The notes under the pieces were generated by a model. The model was not told the DNA's origin, did not search any database, and worked only from the letters and a program-made list of their open reading frames with translations. From positions 50,098,001 through 50,162,000 of the forward strand of contig CM052817.1 in NCBI GenBank assembly GCA_028534125.1: a stretch of 64,000 bases of DNA, in the 5' to 3' direction. The translations under genes and the position numbers were made by a program. The DNA comes from Lama glama. Lineage: Eukaryota. Positions 62,382-64,000 of the stretch are shown piece by piece; position 1 is the stretch's first letter, and the number at the start of each line of letters is the position of its first letter.

Positions 62382-62395
62382 GCAGCAGGGGGCAG
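62382..62395 (+). promoter_or_regulatory. CTCF-like motif
   Basis: GCAGCAGGGGGCAG, 13/14 match to the core. Confidence 0.45.
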
Positions 62396-63499
62396 GAATG
62401 TAGCCCCAGGTGTGGCTTCTCTTAACAAGGCAATTGCTGAGACACTTTGTCTGCAGAGTACAGATGAGCTCCACCAGGCTTGGACTAGGAGGGAACTAAC
62501 ATTTCTTAAGTATCTACCATATGACATATTATGTGGCCATTTCCTTAAAGGTCTGCAAACCCATACTTAGAAATGTGGTATGTGATTCTGACACCTTTCT
62601 GTTGGGAATGAGATCATAGGCACTTGGATGGAGGATCTGCTTTACAATGTGGAGTGTTAGTTAATAAATTTATTTATAAAAATGAAGTTATCAGTAAATT
62701 ATACCAGGCATTTTCATATTGTATAAATATGAACTTTTAAAATAATGAACTCTGAACACTTAAAATCTGAATGATTAACACTAGGACTGGATTTTGCCTA
62801 GTTATTTTACGTGGGTCTAACCACCTAGTCCACTGCGACTCATAAATTTCCTTTTCCCCTGTGACAGAGCTATTGCTAACTCACAGTGCCTCTGCATTAG
62901 GTCTGCTCAGTCTCTTGCTCGCTCCCTCCTCACAGCTGGAACTGCAACAGATGGGGTTAGCCAAGGCAGAGAAAGAGATGAAATTAACACAGGTAATGAG
63001 CAGTGGTTTTACTGATGGAGGAATTTTAGTTCATTTGGGAAAATTCCAGACGCTCAAGACCTGCAGTAAGATAAATCAAAACCTAGTTTTGAAAAATAAA
63101 AGAGGTATAGCTGCAATGTAACATTTATCTAGAGCCAGCATCATGCTTAACACGGCATGAGGTCGTGGGGCAGCTTGGGTGTTGGCTGCTGTTTCTAGTT
63201 TGTTATATAAAATAAAAGCTTTTGGAACCACTTCATATTTTAATTGGTTCATATGGGCATCTAAAAAGTGCATTTAGTTAAGAGGATGCCACTTGTTCCT
63301 TAGAGGCTGACGGTTTCTATTTCTCTAGATCTACTTGGGAAGCAAGGGGGTAGGCTTATGTCACCTGTGACTTAAATGTCAAAAAGGAGCTAGTTGCTGT
63401 TTTCACAATGACTGGGGCACTGGTACTTTAATGTTCCTCGCAATCCTTCCTGCCCTTTGTTCCTTCCTTCCTTCTTCCCTCCTTCTCTTCTTCCTTCCT

Positions 63500-64000
63500 C
63501 TTTGTCTCCTTCCACAGTATTTGCTAGGTTTCTACTATTATTCTTGGTAGACACATCAATGAACAAAACAGACAAAAATCTCTGCACCTGGTACATTCTC
63601 AACAGGGAGATCTTCAACAAGATGAATTTGAATCTACATAGTATGTTTGATAAGTGACAGGAATTAAGGAGAAAACTAAACTGGAGGAGAAAGATCATGT
63701 GTATGGTTATCAGTTTCAGAGAGAGTGGTATAGAAGCCCTCATGAAGAAGGTGGCATCTGAGGAAAGATCTGAGGAGGTAAGTCATGCAGATTTCTATGG
63801 GAAGAACATTTTAGGAAGAGTGACCAGCAAGAGCAAGGGCCCTGAGGTATAGGAAGGTGCCTGGCATCTTTGAGAAATAGGAGCAAGTAGGCCAGTGTAA
63901 AGAAGATGGCACATAGAGAGATGAAGCCATAAAAGGATTGGGGTGCTGGATTGTGCAGGGCCTTGAGGTCTCTGTAAGGACTTTGGACTTTGCTCTAAGT
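63500..64000 (-). mobile_element. L2 (runs off the window end)
   Basis: tgaacaaaacagacaaaaatctctgc…gaaggtggcatctgag…gagcaagggccctgagg…gattgtgcagggccttga…taaggactttggacttt. Confidence 0.85.

Overview
Mammalian non-coding DNA (intergenic or inside a very long intron), AT-rich and CpG-depleted, with no recognisable protein-coding gene. The only ORFs with clear protein similarity are broken LINE-1 ORF1/ORF2 remnants. Much of the window is decayed transposable elements: MIR, L2, L3/CR1, HAL1/L1M, MaLR (MLT1), ERVL (MLT2, LTR16/33, MER21), ERV1 solo LTRs, MER5A and MER53. Two young tRNA-Ala(AGC)-derived SINEs of the Vic-1 type, with no Alu/Bov/PRE/Can SINEs seen, point to a camelid genome (inference). 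The most interesting non-repeat signal is at about 7.5-17.3 kb: a series of co-oriented CTCF motifs, a CpG-retaining patch, and a zero-length-exon (recursive-splicing-type) junction, polypyrimidine-CAG|GTAAG, at 11057/11058 between the two best CTCF motifs. Other candidates are a MER53 hairpin carrying a miR-1302-like sequence, a G-quadruplex/GC-box/p53-like module near 29.9 kb, and several well-bounded exon candidates on both strands. Repeat family names come from recalled consensus sequences, not an alignment, and most boundaries are approximate. No novel system can be claimed from the sequence alone.
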